From positions 434,001 through 498,000 of the forward strand of contig OZ025680.1 of NCBI GenBank assembly GCA_964019335.1: 64,000 nt of DNA. Reading direction: 5' to 3'. This DNA is from Diplonema japonicum (lineage: Eukaryota; Protista; Euglenozoa: Diplonemea). This document shows positions 1-12,029 of the stretch, piece after piece. The position numbers and the translations under genes were made by a program. The first letter of the stretch is position 1, and every line of letters starts with the position of its first letter. A model generated the notes under the pieces. It was not told where the DNA came from. It saw only the letters and a list, made by a program, of their open reading frames with translations, and ran no database searches.

Positions 1-3000
1 CCGATGACATTCTGCATCTGGCTTTTGACAAAGTCTTTGAAATCACTTTAAAGTGATGCTCCGTTGGTGCCTCAGAGGTTAAACTGTGCCCAAACGTCAG
101 CGCAAAGACAGCTAGCGTGTGAAGCATGCCAAGCTTCGAGTTCCAAAAAGCAAAAAAGTTTAACGTTGGGCTGCGACCTATTGCTAGGTACTCGTCAATC
201 TGCATCCCCAGCTGCTGCCGATCTGCCATCATTTTTCGCAATTCAGCGAACAGGACGAGGTGATCCAGCAGTGTGTTTCACAGTGTGACCAAGTCTGAAA
301 GTTCTCCAGTTGATACTTTGGGATTCAGAAAAGTATACAACCTGATACCAAGAAACGACATGTTTCGTTCGGCCCTTGCTTCGTAAACCTTGATGACTTC
401 AGAGACTGTGGTAGCATTGAGTGACCCCTCCACCTGGGATTCAAGGAATTTCTTCAAGCTCTTTCCAACAACGAAAATTTCATATGCCACCATAGCCATG
501 CCAGATGTGTCCCCTTGCACACGATCTGTCGCAACTGCGAAGGGCGTGGAAATCTGTATCGCGAATTCCAGCTCTGCCCCAAACCCTGCCTCTATGCCTG
601 GAAAGAATTCTAGGAGATCAAGGATGGACTTCATCGTTTCGAAAAACGAATTCCATCTGGTCTTCGTGTACCTCTTGATCTGTCTCGTCTTTTCACAGCA
701 TACTCCATGTGAGACCTGTACGGTGTGGAGTGCCAACTGCCCAGCTTTCGAGGTCCATCTCTTGATCAGCGTTTTCACTTTGGCTCTAATGTTAGCCAGT
801 CGCTCAATCTTGAAGATGTCACCAAGGGCAAGTTGCATGGAATGTGCAACACAATGATATGCTAGGACACCTTCGCAACTCAGCATTGTAGTTGTATCGT
901 TCAAAAGCTGGTCCATTCCGGCAGAGAGCTCAGTGTTGTCGGAGTTGGTGTCGGTTTCAGAGTTGGAGTCAAGGTCAGTGACACCTGAAGCATCACTACT
1001 GCTAATGTTGCTGCTAACATCCTCAGTGTCGTCGAGTGAGAGGTCGAGTTCCACTTCGAAGTCTCGATGTATCTTTGCAAGCGCTGCTTGCATCGCACTA
1101 GCATTATCAGCACATACTGAAAATACATGTACAACATGGCTCCGAAGTTCCAGTATCATTTCACGGATGTGGGACGAAATGACAGCAGCAGTGGCACTCA
1201 CTTTTGTAAAGGTCTATCATCTTGCAAAAGTAGCTGTTCTTCCCATCTGACATACTAATGCCAAGGATGCTTCGACGGTTTATTGTGGCCCATCAACAAG
1301 GAGGTACACATTCTGCCCTTGGAGCCTGTTTAGGACAGCAGTGTATGTCCCTGTCCAAGTTCAACAACACGGCTTTGCACGTGTTTCCTGTTGATTCCTT
1401 TCAATTTGCCTGCATCGAAAAAGCTGTGAAAGAACTTTCGATCACACAAAACGAACGGCAGGCAATACAGGCAAAGGAAAATGGACACACGATCCACCAT
1501 ACTCAGGGCTCGCATCTCTTGGACAACACATCTCTTTGCTGCGAGATTTGAGCCTTGAGAATGAGGCGAACCCTGTGACAGCGACAACCCTGGCATTGGC
1601 TCAGAGATCGGACTGCACTTTTCTTTCACTGGACTGCACTTTTCTTTCGCCGGCTTGGGGATCTTTGCAGCTGTCTTCTTCTTCAGCTTTTCTGCCAATT
1701 TCGCTTTCGCACCAGGGCTGTGTCTGCACTCCCAGTGCTCCTTCAGCTTCCCCGATCTTGACCGGATGGTCACCGCACGTTCAACACACTCAGGGGCAAG
1801 ACACGGCCGCTTCTCCATGACCGTGCCATCCTTTTCCTTTGTCACTATCTTGCCAAAGTAGTACTCCTTAGAAGGGTCGATACCATGTGCATCACCAACA
1901 GACCATGTCTTGTTGTCCCAGATGGATGTCTTGGGTGTTGTAGAACATTCCTTGGCAGGTGCTTCCAACATGACTAGTGCGTTTCCGGACGAGGTGTGTG
2001 TTGCCTTAGGTTGTAAGGCTTCAGCCTTCAGAACTTTGATGGTGTCTTGTAGCTCTGTGATTCGTGCTTTTGCAAGACCAAGTTTTGCCATGGTATCACG
2101 AAGCTGGTATGGGTTGTGGTTTATCGTCTTTATGGCCTCAAGACGATAAACCCGTTCATCTTCCACATTCGGGGGGAAGTGGTGCAGGTACCCAGGATCC
2201 TGTGCATACTCACACAAAACAGCAACACCTGGCAAGATGCCAACAATCTTCCCATCCCAGACAGAAACCATGTCGTCCTGTGTTGGTTTCTTGTGTCGCT
2301 CCCCTCCAGTGCCCCAGAAGTGGGCTCTGAAGGTTGTGCCTTCTCCTTTCCCCTTCATGAAATGCAACATTTCATCATGGCTGAGGCCATTCTTGTTGCC
2401 AGTCTGGGTAAGGTCTTGTGTTTTCACATATTTCTGTGAGAACACAGTTGATGCCTTTTGCGTTGAGATGCGTCCATCGATGCTGCCACTGCTGCTGCTT
2501 GTACTTGAACTTTCTCTTTTGCGCTTCTTTATTTTATTTTTTTTTTTTTTTTTTTTTCAAATGTTTAAACCTTTCTCTTCATTTTTGTATTGATTTCCTC
2601 CTCTTCTCCTCCTCCTCTAGTTCAGATTTACCTGAACATAGCCCATGCCATGCCATATTGAGTTGGCAGTCATGTTTCTGGTGCTTATCCTCTGCACCCT
2701 CTGCACCCCTTTCACCTTCTTCGCTACTTGGCACAGCTTCGGTGTCGGGAACGAAGAACAGAAGCAGAACAAGTACCACAATCATTTTATCTGTTAATTG
2801 TAAAAAATAATACAAAGAAAATGATAAACAAAGGCTAAATACTGTATAAATACACATCGACTCTGACAGCAATGCAACACAATGTGAAGCAACATGATGT
2901 GTTTTCTGTTCACATTTCATTCACTTGACACAAAAAATGTGAAGTAACACAACACAACACACCAAAGTGTCGTTTTATATTGTACCATACAGTGTATAAA

Positions 3001-3142
3001 ATATTTTCTGTGTCGAAATTTCTAAAAAAAACTCCCAGAAGGGCTGCCCTTTCATAACTGAAAGTTAGATTTTTTCTTCTTCTTTTTTTTTTTTTACATA
3101 ATTTGTGTTGTACTTTTGTCATGATAAGGAATACATGCCAGG

Positions 3143-3192
<50 letters not shown>

Positions 3193-3451
3193 TAGTCACA
3201 ACAAGGTAGTATGAGCCTTGCCTAAGATCCCACCCAAACCTAGGACCTCTTTTTTTGAACTTTTGAAACCAAAAGTACCAAAAAAATGCAAGCCCCAGCC
3301 TAAATTTGGGTCTTTGTGACACAAAAAACACAAAGAAATTTTTTGGTCCCCTGAGTCCCCTGAGTCCCCTCCAGACCCCTGAAAATTTCAGGGGACTCCT
3401 GTCCTGTCCCTTGGAGTCCCCTGAGTCCCTCAAGGGTCTGGACCAACACTG
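1..3451 (-). mobile_element. hAT-superfamily DNA transposon (hAT#1), 5' part; other end lies outside the window
   Basis: Terminus reads CAGTGTTGGTCC on the minus strand (ends 3451), with subterminal GTCCCCTGA repeats at ~3345-3430 and a degenerate hAT transposase inside. Confidence 0.8.
278..2445 (-). pseudogene. Frameshifted hAT transposase with BED-type zinc finger
   Basis: BED-like CLAPEC...LKEHWECRH in ORF 1330-2445. First catalytic region VYLLVDG/ATINRRSILGI is split by frameshifts at ~1200-1345. CADNASAM, HCVAHSMQL (CxxH) and TRWNS motifs in ORF 278-1201. Confidence 0.85.
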
Positions 3452-3907
3452 GCTGAACACCGCACACATTAAGGACACGACACGGAACGCAGAAGAAGCT
3501 GTGGTGTACCCCCTGTAATCAAGTAGTCTTGTGCAGGTCCTTTAACTCATATATCTCTCACCACAGCCGGGTTGTAGCTTCTTCTGCGTTCCACGTCGAT
3601 CACCACAGCCGGGTTACATCCAAATACAACATTTCCGGACATATGTACATACCTGCAGCTGCAGTGCACTGGAGTAGATAGGTGCAAATGGCTTGATGGA
3701 GCTGTGCATGTGGTACAAAGAAGAAGAAGAAGAAAAAAAAAAAAAAAAAAAAAGGAAAAAAAATCATTGTCCAAAAATATTTGAAAAAAAAGTGTTTGCA
3801 GGTGTGTCAAAAATTGCAGAAAATTTTCGTCAGTCTGGTCAGTCTGGTCAGTCCGGTCAGTCCGGTAAATTGGGTACACCGGACCGGACCGGATTCACCC
3901 ATCACTG
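3452..3907. mobile_element. Terminal segment of a second hAT-like element (hAT#2)
   Basis: Ends in GGATTCACCCATCACTG (3891-3907; reverse complement CAGTGATGGGTGAATCC), preceded by CAGTC/CCGGA pentamer repeats. It abuts and truncates the piggyBac fragment. Confidence 0.65.
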
Positions 3908-4391
3908 TCGAAGCTATGACCCGAATAACGTTTGGGACAAGCATTTGGGAGAATATATGGTATGGCGTTGTGCCTTTGATGGCAAAACGGGGTCCACAAG
4001 GATTCTGATCTTCACAAAACCAGATGCCTTCCAACCGCTCTGGCTTTGCTGTCCAATCACCCTGCTGTGACTTGGAATTGGTCGAATTCGTATCAGAATC
4101 ACTGTCCATATCAAAACTGCATACTATGGATGAGCCATCAGTGCTTTCATCACTTGTCATGTCCTCTTCTGGCCTCTTTCTGGGTGCCATTTAAGGGTAA
4201 ATTTGGGCTGGCGTTTTTTTTTTCTTTTTTCTTTTTCTTGTTAAGTTAGGGCAGCATTTAGTTTATATTTTTCATATTTTCCACACAGGACCCTGGATGC
4301 GAGAAGTGGCCAGGCCTTATTGCATTGAAAGCCCTTTGTGCAAAAGATTTTTTTTCAAATCGTCTCTGTAAAGATGCTCGTTGGTAGATGG
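3908..4391 (-). mobile_element. Truncated 5' end of the piggyBac family also present at 39926-41734
   Basis: TIR CGTTGGTAGATGG (4379-4391) followed by TTAA (4392-4395). The sequence is a diverged reverse complement of ~39926-40405, and the minus-strand ORF PRKRPEED...PYHIFSQM matches the ORF at 40146. Confidence 0.9.
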
Positions 4392-4395
4392 TTAA

Positions 4396-5191
4396 ATAAA
4401 AATCAGCCAGATTTTTACTCAGAATTTTTTTTTTTTCACTTGTTTTTTTGAATTTCACTTGCTTCGCTCGTGAAATTACTTGTGAAAAAAAAATTCCTTG
4501 TAAAAATCAGGTAATCTGATTTTATCTAATAAATAGTCATTTTTTTTTGTGTGTGTGGTACCACTTGAGGGTAGGCATAGACGTAGTTCCAGTCTTTTAA
4601 TTCCCAATTGAAACTGCCCCTGTTTCTTCTTTGTGTAGGGAGGGTCTGCATCCCAAGCCACTGCCTCATCAGTTGCAGTAGGTATCGTGTTTTTACTACT
4701 GGTTTCCCAAAAGAATGCTTTAAATGTACTGCCAACGCCTTTTTCTTCTTCTTTTTTTTCTTCTTTCTCCTACCTTTGCCACTGATGAACTGCAACATCG
4801 CGGACTGAGAAAGCCCAGTTTTCTTCTGGGTGCAGGTTAAAGTAGGGCCACATTCGGGTTTTTGACTGAGTAGTTCTTCAATGTTAGTAGCGGTGCATGG
4901 CTTCAAGGAGGAAGATGAAGACGAACAGGAACCAGTACTGTTGCTCCTTTTTCTTTTCTTCTTCTCGTTGTTGTTATTGTTGTTGTCGTCTCTCACTACC
5001 TGTGTAACATCTTTTCTTGTAGACATCTGTTTATACGTTTGAACTCCGCAGCAAAGAAAGGGAGAATGTGGTGGTCCGGTTCAGTCCAGTCCAGTCCAGT
5101 CTGTCTGGCATAATTGGGTCGAAATTCACGCCGGATCCGGTCCGGTCCGGTCCAGTCTGGTCTAGTCCTAATTAGGATTCACCCATCACTG
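4396..5191. mobile_element. Terminal segment of a third hAT-like element (hAT#3, same terminus as hAT#2)
   Basis: Ends in the identical 17-mer GGATTCACCCATCACTG (5175-5191), with CAGTC and CCGGT pentamer arrays at ~5075-5165. Confidence 0.65.
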
Positions 5192-5286
5192 GCACAATGT
5201 GCATATAGTTATAAAATCATTTTTTGAAAGATAAATATTTGTCACAAAAAAAAATCGATTAGCAGCATACAGGGATATCTTATAAT

Positions 5287-6564
5287 ATGAGCAAGTTGAT
5301 CGCACTTGCTGCACTATGTGGTGTGGCGTCTGCAGCAAGCTTTCGCAATGCAGCAGGAGTTGTGGTGTCGGACCTCCACTCCCACGTTCATCATGAGCAC
5401 CGTGAGATCGTGTACCAAAGCAGAGTCGGATCGGACCCCATGGGTGGAAACATCTGGCCCGTTGCAATCTACTGGGTGGAAATCGAAGTCGGGACCCCCG
5501 CCCAGAAGTTCCCTGTCGCCGTTGACACTGGGAGCTACACCCTTGACATCCCAGACGTGACGTGCACCACATGCATCACAAAGGCACCCAACAACGCATT
5601 CAATGCCTCCAAGTCGTCCACCTCCTCTGAAATTCCATGCGGGCTCGCGTGTACTGTGAAGGGTGGACTCTGCAAAGACGACAAGTGCACCTTCTCGAAC
5701 ACATACGAGACATGCGATCTGAAGAACCCCACTGCACCATGCACCATCAAGGGAAACTGGCGGAAGGACCAGGTCACTCTCGGGGGTGCTACCGGTACAG
5801 TTGAGGTAGACTTTGGTACCATCACCTCGCAGACGAGTAACTTCGACCAGTTTAAGAACATCGACGGTGTTGTCGGACTGGCCGGGCCCTCCGGTTCCTC
5901 CAACGTGTTCGAGTCCCTTGTGAGCGGCGGGAAGCTTCCAGCGAACGTGTTTGCGATGTGCTTTGTCCACGGAAAGACATCCAACGGGACCATCACATTC
6001 GGGGGTACCGACCCGAGGCTCCACTCAGGGAGCATCCAGTACGTCCCGGACACTGGGGGCGGTGGCTTCTACTCCGTTGAGCTGAAGTCGATTTCTGTTG
6101 CAGGGAGTGCAGCTCCGGGGACATCCTCAACGAAGGCTATCCTCGACTCCGGCACCAACATCCTCCTCCTCCCGACAGAGATGTACACATCAGTCAAATC
6201 CAAGTTCACAGATCTGTGCAACAAGGGCGTATCACTCCCAGGAGTGTGCAACACGACCAGATCCATCTTCGACAAGTACTGCTACGATTACACCCCTGAG
6301 CAGATCGCGAAGTTCCCAAACGTGACACTCGCGCTCAACGGGGTGGACCTTCACATGTCACCCCGTAACTACCTTCTTCAGGGAGAGCCTGGTCAGGACG
6401 CGAGTGTGTACTGCCTTGGATTCCGTGACACCGGGAAGGGTGGGCTCTTGATCATCGGAGACTCCACAATGGAGAACTACTACATGGTGATGGACAGGGC
6501 AAACATGCAGATCGGATGGGCGCCTGTCAACAGGTCGTCGTGCGGTTCCATTGGTTCTCTGTGA
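5287..6564 (+). CDS. Secreted/lysosomal pepsin-family (A1) aspartic protease
   Basis: N-terminal signal peptide, catalytic motifs VDTGS and LDSGT, DGVVGL and IIGDS motifs. Confidence 0.93.
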   Translation: MSKLIALAALCGVASAASFRNAAGVVVSDLHSHVHHEHREIVYQSRVGSDPMGGNIWPVAIYWVEIEVGTPAQKFPVAVDTGSYTLDIPDVTCTTCITKAPNNAFNASKSSTSSEIPCGLACTVKGGLCKDDKCTFSNTYETCDLKNPTAPCTIKGNWRKDQVTLGGATGTVEVDFGTITSQTSNFDQFKNIDGVVGLAGPSGSSNVFESLVSGGKLPANVFAMCFVHGKTSNGTITFGGTDPRLHSGSIQYVPDTGGGGFYSVELKSISVAGSAAPGTSSTKAILDSGTNILLLPTEMYTSVKSKFTDLCNKGVSLPGVCNTTRSIFDKYCYDYTPEQIAKFPNVTLALNGVDLHMSPRNYLLQGEPGQDASVYCLGFRDTGKGGLLIIGDSTMENYYMVMDRANMQIGWAPVNRSSCGSIGSL

Positions 6565-6734
6565 GCATGCAGGGGAAAAGGAGAAGAGAAAAAAATGTAC
6601 CTGTTGGTTAACAACGTTTTTATCAAGAAGGGCGTGTGCGCAGTGCGGAGCGTGTCTGTATTCCGAGTGAATGATTTATGTTTTGTTTTTATGCTGTGAG
6701 AACGGGGAAATTGAAAAGGAAGCTTTGAAAAAAA

Positions 6735-6767
<33 letters not shown>

Positions 6768-7013
6768 AAACGGGAAAATCATAAAATAAATAGAAACTGC
6801 CAGCGCAAAAGGAGTACCCAGCTGCGTTGGTCGAATTTTTTTATTTTTTTGTTTTATTTTACGGCTTCTAATTTTGTTCACCCTCTTACGCTGCCGATGC
6901 ATACAATACTCCACACTGTCTGAGGTGAAAACAGTGCAAGTTTTTTATTTTGATCTGCAGTGAGTGGCTTTCCTCCCCCCCCTATCCCTTCATCTTAAAG
7001 AAATACGGGAAAT

Positions 7014-10000
7014 ATGTCAAAGAACATGGCACGCCATTTGGAAACAAAGCAAATGGATAGTTCAGATTTCGAGAAGATGCTGAAAGGTCTTCCATCACAC
7101 TCTCTAAGGATGAAAGCAGCTTCTGAAGTAGGCCAACGAGAGGGCGTGTGTTTGAGGGACGTGTGGACGAAGCATGTGGGGTGGACAGCGATATACGGGG
7201 TGGTGGCATGTATGGCAATGAATGATGCAGATGAAATGGTTTGGGTGATAAACAACCACTCTTCTTGGCTGGTCAGGGCGCGTGGGGTGATGGCCTTGAG
7301 TAAGATTAGTCAGAGTCATTTGTGTGGCTTGTTGCAAAACAATGAGGTGGCTGTGCAGCTTAAAGTCATTGCCGTCAAGCACATCACAGCGTGCTCTCCT
7401 GACGTTGTCGGCACAATACTCACGAACCCTGCATTAGGTGGTGGTATTTGGCAGGCTCTGAAGGTGCTAACAAACCTCAAGACCTGCTCCGAAAATCTCC
7501 TCACTGTGAGGCACTGGCTTGCACCCCTTTGCCACCTCACTGACAAAGTGCAGAATGCTAAAGATAAACTTGACATGCAAAAGGTGTACCAGCAGATGGC
7601 AATCAAGTTTCCAACCGTACTCCTCAGCGTCCTTGAGCACAAAAGGGTTTTGGATTTCAAATGGAATCGCGCGTGTCAGCAGCTTGCTGCAACTCATCTT
7701 AATGAGTGCCTTGAGGTCGTGAAGCAGTGTTCGCACTCCTCCTTTATCGAGCATCTTGGTAAGCCTCTTGCAAAGCGCAACCCTTTGGGATTGCTTGATG
7801 TTGCCGTCCCAGAGTGGCTCTTTGTGCATAGGTACTTGAAGGACCCGCAAGTTCGTTCCAAAGCATTCGCAACGGCTCTTGCCAGCCCGCTCCACGACAC
7901 TGATATCGACAACATCCTCGCAGAGTTGCACTGGAGCAGAACACGCGACACGCTCGCTTTCAGGTTCGAGCTCATCTGCAAGGCGTCGACAGGTTGGTGG
8001 GACCGTGTCCAGAAATGTCTTCGCGACTCGCATAAGATGTCTTTCGCAGGCTCGCCGCAGTACTACTTCAAGGTTGCGTCATTGGAGCTGAAAAGCACAT
8101 TTGAGTCGGCGGCACTTGGCACATTTTTATCCTTGTTCCTGAAAACAGTGGACAAACAAATATTCTTCGACACGATGCAGCTACTGCTTACCGATTCCGA
8201 CCTTGAGGCAAAGCTCAAAATCGCTCTCCTAAACACACTAAGAACATCTTCTGTCGACTGTGACTGTGATCTTTCAGAGGTGTTCCCAGACCTGCAAGAC
8301 ATGGTCAGAGAAGATTTTGCCAAACCTGAGTTCAGGGATCTCCCTGCAGTGGAGAGGTGTCGGCAGATGCAGTACCTACGGTACAATGAAGTAGAAGGGG
8401 TTTTGAAGGAGACGATCAACGACAGGAACCCTGAAGTGAGGGTTTCAGGGCTCACATCCCTGTGGAAGGCAGCCGTCGCAACTGGTGACATGGACATGAT
8501 GGTGCAGACGCTAAAATGGACGGTCAAACGGCTCAAGAAGGACCACGAAGAGGTGACGGTTCCTGTCCATGATCTTTTGCTTCACAGTTTGACCAATGAA
8601 TTGGTTCAGCAGGAGAGTATCACTGATCTACTGAAGACGCTGGTGGAGGACTCCCTGCAGTGGAAGGGAACAGGCGCCAGCTCTATTGCTGTACAATGGA
8701 CAAGATGGGCTGCGCAGGTGAGTTTCGAGTGCTTGACAGTGAGGAACGGCAAGCACGATGTGGCAAGAGAAATAGCAGATCATGTGATCAGTTCCCTTCT
8801 GGATCTGGGTCAGATCACAGAGTGGGCCCTGCCGACTGCTTTGAGAGAGATCCTCCGCTCACAAATTGCAGCAGTCTCTGTGGCAGACGAAGGTGTGCAC
8901 AGAGTCGTGCTTCATCTCATCGCCTTATTCAAAAAATGTGAACCAGCGCTGGGATCAAACAGCAGCATCCACTACTCCAACTCTGCACAGCAACAAATCT
9001 CTGTTGAGCTCACCCACATGAAAGCGGTCTTCACCTACATTCAAAGAGCGTTCCAACAATTCGAATGGTCCTTATTCAATAGGTTCAGGGAAGTCCGTGA
9101 CTACGTGCTAAGTGTGATCCAGCAGTACCAGTTTAATGCTAAATGCTGGGTGCTACCTGACTTGGTGGTCACCGACTTCAATGCATGGGGTGACAAGAGG
9201 GTCCTCTCTTGGGCACCTTACAAGGACATGATGCGTAAAGCACTTTCCGTAATGAAGGGCACACCCCCTTGGGGTAAATCTGACGGCAGGCTGGTAACCG
9301 CAGGTAACATTGGTGTTTTTATTCAGAATATCCCTTTAACGACGATGGCAAGGGCCACTGCTTTCAAGACTAAAGGTCTCAGGAGCGATCTTGCTCGAGA
9401 AGTTGCTTCGTGGTGCAACCCTCACCTGGACCTGTTCCGTGATTCGATTGAAGTTCTGAGCAATAGTTGCGTCTCGAGGCTGACAGACATCAAACGCCTC
9501 AACCCTGAACCTACTGTCGCGGCTGCAGCAAACCTGTTGGCACACGTGGAGTGGGTGCCCGAGGTCACAAAGGTTGCACCGAAAGTTTTCAAATACCTCA
9601 ACTGTAATAATTCTATCAGCAACCTTCTGGTCAGGTTGCCCTGCACACACCACCTCTACGCAGTACAGCGTGCGGCAGTCACGCAGATGACCTCCATCGT
9701 TGGAAGCTTCAGCTCAATCATGGACAATTACACTACACAGACCTCCTGCCGAGATGCCCTGAGAGGCGCATCACATGTTATGTTAGGTACGGCTCGGTAT
9801 AAGCGGACTAATACTGATACTTTTTCGTTGATGCAAGAGCAGCAGATAAGGTGCAAGAAACCCAAACTGGCCCACCAGAGAGGACAAGCTGCGAGGAGGT
9901 GTAAGAAGAGAATGGCACAAAAGAAGGATGCGGATCGACTTGACAATGTCCGCAAAACAGGGATTGCGGAAGCCGTAATTGAACTGCTTACGGTTCTAGG

Positions 10001-12029
10001 AAAATTAAGAAGGTTCGAAAACATCGCACAGGAAGTTGCCAACTTCTTCAATCAACTCAGCACAAAGAGGCATAAGCTTTCACCCACATTCAGAAAGGTT
10101 TTGGGTTGCATCCTTGACATCATGTGTCCGCACATGGACTTCACGTCGTACATGGCGTCATATTTTCTACAGACGAGCGTCTACGCAGCAAGCGGGTGGC
10201 TGGACGCTGCAGAGCACTTTGTTCTGAAAATGATTGAGAAAATCAAAACCAAAACTGACACGGTCCATATCAGCCTGCTCCCGACATTGATTGATGGCTT
10301 CCTCAGCCCTTTAGCAAGGTATAAAAGAAGGGCCAACCTCATGCTGGACGTAGGCATTTGTGGTATGAAACCGGCAGAATTGGTGGCTGCGTCCCCCACC
10401 TTGCAGTACTTTCTTTTGAAGTTCAGAGAGGACCAAGTGCATTTGCTAGACTGTACCAAGTTACGGATCCCGCTGCTAGCCACAGTGTCTTTCACAACAA
10501 GGCGCTATGCAGGACAAACCGTTGCAGCTGCAAAGTACCTCCCCTTCTTGGCTCCCAAGACGCAACGCACCTTGTGGGATGGCATTGTCATCCCCGGCAC
10601 CGAGAGAGCACCAGTACCAGGTAAACCTGATACGGTGACAAATGGGAACGCTGTGGCACTGGGATGCCACCTGCCCTTTGTTGATGGTCCTTCTTGGACA
10701 TCGCCAGAGCATCCGATCATCGAGCTCATACACAAATATGGCGAGATGACTAAAGCCTCAAAGAAGGATCTCCCTGAACTGTCTTGGCTCAGCACTGTCG
10801 TGAACTCCGTCATAACCTGTCTCAGGTCCTTCGATGATGTCCCGACCGCCTTACAAATTCTGACCAGCCACATCGACGCAGGTGTGGAAAACGCAGGTGC
10901 CATCCCTTCAACTGCATGCACACTGCGGTGTGTGAACACTACCATTTCAGGCACGGTTCTGGCAGAAGTGCTAAGCAGGAAGAGCACACAAATAGCAGCA
11001 AGGACGCAATTGTGCAGAATGGTGGTCACGCTGCTCTACGGGGAGACGCTCAAGGACATCGTGTGGAAGGAATGGCGCAACGAAAACAGAGGAGACACGG
11101 AAAGCATCGGGAAAGTAAACAAGGGTGTTAAAGTTTCGCTGGTCTGCACACTCGTCCAATCTGCGGCACTGGCCTCGTGCCCCACTTTATGGGAGATCCC
11201 AGCCTCGCTGCTGGAAGAGGACGACGACACGGTTTATGTTGCCAACGAGATGCTGCAGGCCTTGGCGGGGACGAATGGCGTTGAGACGTTGAACGCTGCT
11301 TGCTGGCCGATGAAGGCGCCCGACGGGCTTGCAGGGCTGTGTGCCAAATTCCTCAACAGAGGCTTCTTATATGAACCTGCACAAGCAGCCCTGTCAAGGT
11401 GGGTGGACCATGTATTGTCGTCGAACAACTTGGTGTCTGACAAGGACTGTGAGGAGGTCCTAGCTGCAGTGAAGGAGTGCCCTGATCAGGGACTGCTGCT
11501 GAGATGTGCCTATGCAGTGTCGCAGCGCGGCCATCCAGGCACGCTGTCCCGCTTGGTGTCTGAACAGTTGGAAAAGTACGACACAGCCGTGCGCAATAAG
11601 GAGTTTCAAAAACTAGCGAGCACCAGGAATCTTCTTGTGAAGCTAGCCAAGATGAAGATATGGGACAAGGAACAGCGCGCAGTGTTGCTGAAGGTGCTTG
11701 CACACCACCCTGTTTCTTTGGAGTGCTGTGTGCAATTGATACTGAATACAATTAAGGCTGAAGACCCTGCCCCTGCCTTACAAGAGCTGCTTCTGCTGCT
11801 AGAGGAGAAGGGGTGGGGTGTAGCACATAAGATTGCTGTGTGTGTGAAGACATCATCAGTGACCACCGAAACACGCAACCAGATCATCACAAGCTGCATG
11901 TCGCACTGCGACGAGCAACGCAGGTTCCTTGCTGCAGTATTCTGCCATCCATGCGCCCCTCCCGATGTAGTCCCCACCCTGCTCTCAGACCCATGTGATC
12001 TTGTGGCACACTTTGTCAGTACCGAATAG
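7014..12029 (+). CDS. Large (1671 aa) predicted all-helical protein of unknown function
   Basis: Uninterrupted 5-kb ORF with Leu/Ala-rich helical composition; no catalytic motif recognised. Confidence 0.8.
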   Translation: MSKNMARHLETKQMDSSDFEKMLKGLPSHSLRMKAASEVGQREGVCLRDVWTKHVGWTAIYGVVACMAMNDADEMVWVINNHSSWLVRARGVMALSKISQSHLCGLLQNNEVAVQLKVIAVKHITACSPDVVGTILTNPALGGGIWQALKVLTNLKTCSENLLTVRHWLAPLCHLTDKVQNAKDKLDMQKVYQQMAIKFPTVLLSVLEHKRVLDFKWNRACQQLAATHLNECLEVVKQCSHSSFIEHLGKPLAKRNPLGLLDVAVPEWLFVHRYLKDPQVRSKAFATALASPLHDTDIDNILAELHWSRTRDTLAFRFELICKASTGWWDRVQKCLRDSHKMSFAGSPQYYFKVASLELKSTFESAALGTFLSLFLKTVDKQIFFDTMQLLLTDSDLEAKLKIALLNTLRTSSVDCDCDLSEVFPDLQDMVREDFAKPEFRDLPAVERCRQMQYLRYNEVEGVLKETINDRNPEVRVSGLTSLWKAAVATGDMDMMVQTLKWTVKRLKKDHEEVTVPVHDLLLHSLTNELVQQESITDLLKTLVEDSLQWKGTGASSIAVQWTRWAAQVSFECLTVRNGKHDVAREIADHVISSLLDLGQITEWALPTALREILRSQIAAVSVADEGVHRVVLHLIALFKKCEPALGSNSSIHYSNSAQQQISVELTHMKAVFTYIQRAFQQFEWSLFNRFREVRDYVLSVIQQYQFNAKCWVLPDLVVTDFNAWGDKRVLSWAPYKDMMRKALSVMKGTPPWGKSDGRLVTAGNIGVFIQNIPLTTMARATAFKTKGLRSDLAREVASWCNPHLDLFRDSIEVLSNSCVSRLTDIKRLNPEPTVAAAANLLAHVEWVPEVTKVAPKVFKYLNCNNSISNLLVRLPCTHHLYAVQRAAVTQMTSIVGSFSSIMDNYTTQTSCRDALRGASHVMLGTARYKRTNTDTFSLMQEQQIRCKKPKLAHQRGQAARRCKKRMAQKKDADRLDNVRKTGIAEAVIELLTVLGKLRRFENIAQEVANFFNQLSTKRHKLSPTFRKVLGCILDIMCPHMDFTSYMASYFLQTSVYAASGWLDAAEHFVLKMIEKIKTKTDTVHISLLPTLIDGFLSPLARYKRRANLMLDVGICGMKPAELVAASPTLQYFLLKFREDQVHLLDCTKLRIPLLATVSFTTRRYAGQTVAAAKYLPFLAPKTQRTLWDGIVIPGTERAPVPGKPDTVTNGNAVALGCHLPFVDGPSWTSPEHPIIELIHKYGEMTKASKKDLPELSWLSTVVNSVITCLRSFDDVPTALQILTSHIDAGVENAGAIPSTACTLRCVNTTISGTVLAEVLSRKSTQIAARTQLCRMVVTLLYGETLKDIVWKEWRNENRGDTESIGKVNKGVKVSLVCTLVQSAALASCPTLWEIPASLLEEDDDTVYVANEMLQALAGTNGVETLNAACWPMKAPDGLAGLCAKFLNRGFLYEPAQAALSRWVDHVLSSNNLVSDKDCEEVLAAVKECPDQGLLLRCAYAVSQRGHPGTLSRLVSEQLEKYDTAVRNKEFQKLASTRNLLVKLAKMKIWDKEQRAVLLKVLAHHPVSLECCVQLILNTIKAEDPAPALQELLLLLEEKGWGVAHKIAVCVKTSSVTTETRNQIITSCMSHCDEQRRFLAAVFCHPCAPPDVVPTLLSDPCDLVAHFVSTE

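Noticed and set aside
3345-3430. Short repeat arrays (also 3830-3895 and 5075-5165) as a CRISPR or telomeric repeat
   Set aside because: No unique spacers; they sit next to hAT-like termini and fit subterminal transposase-binding repeats.
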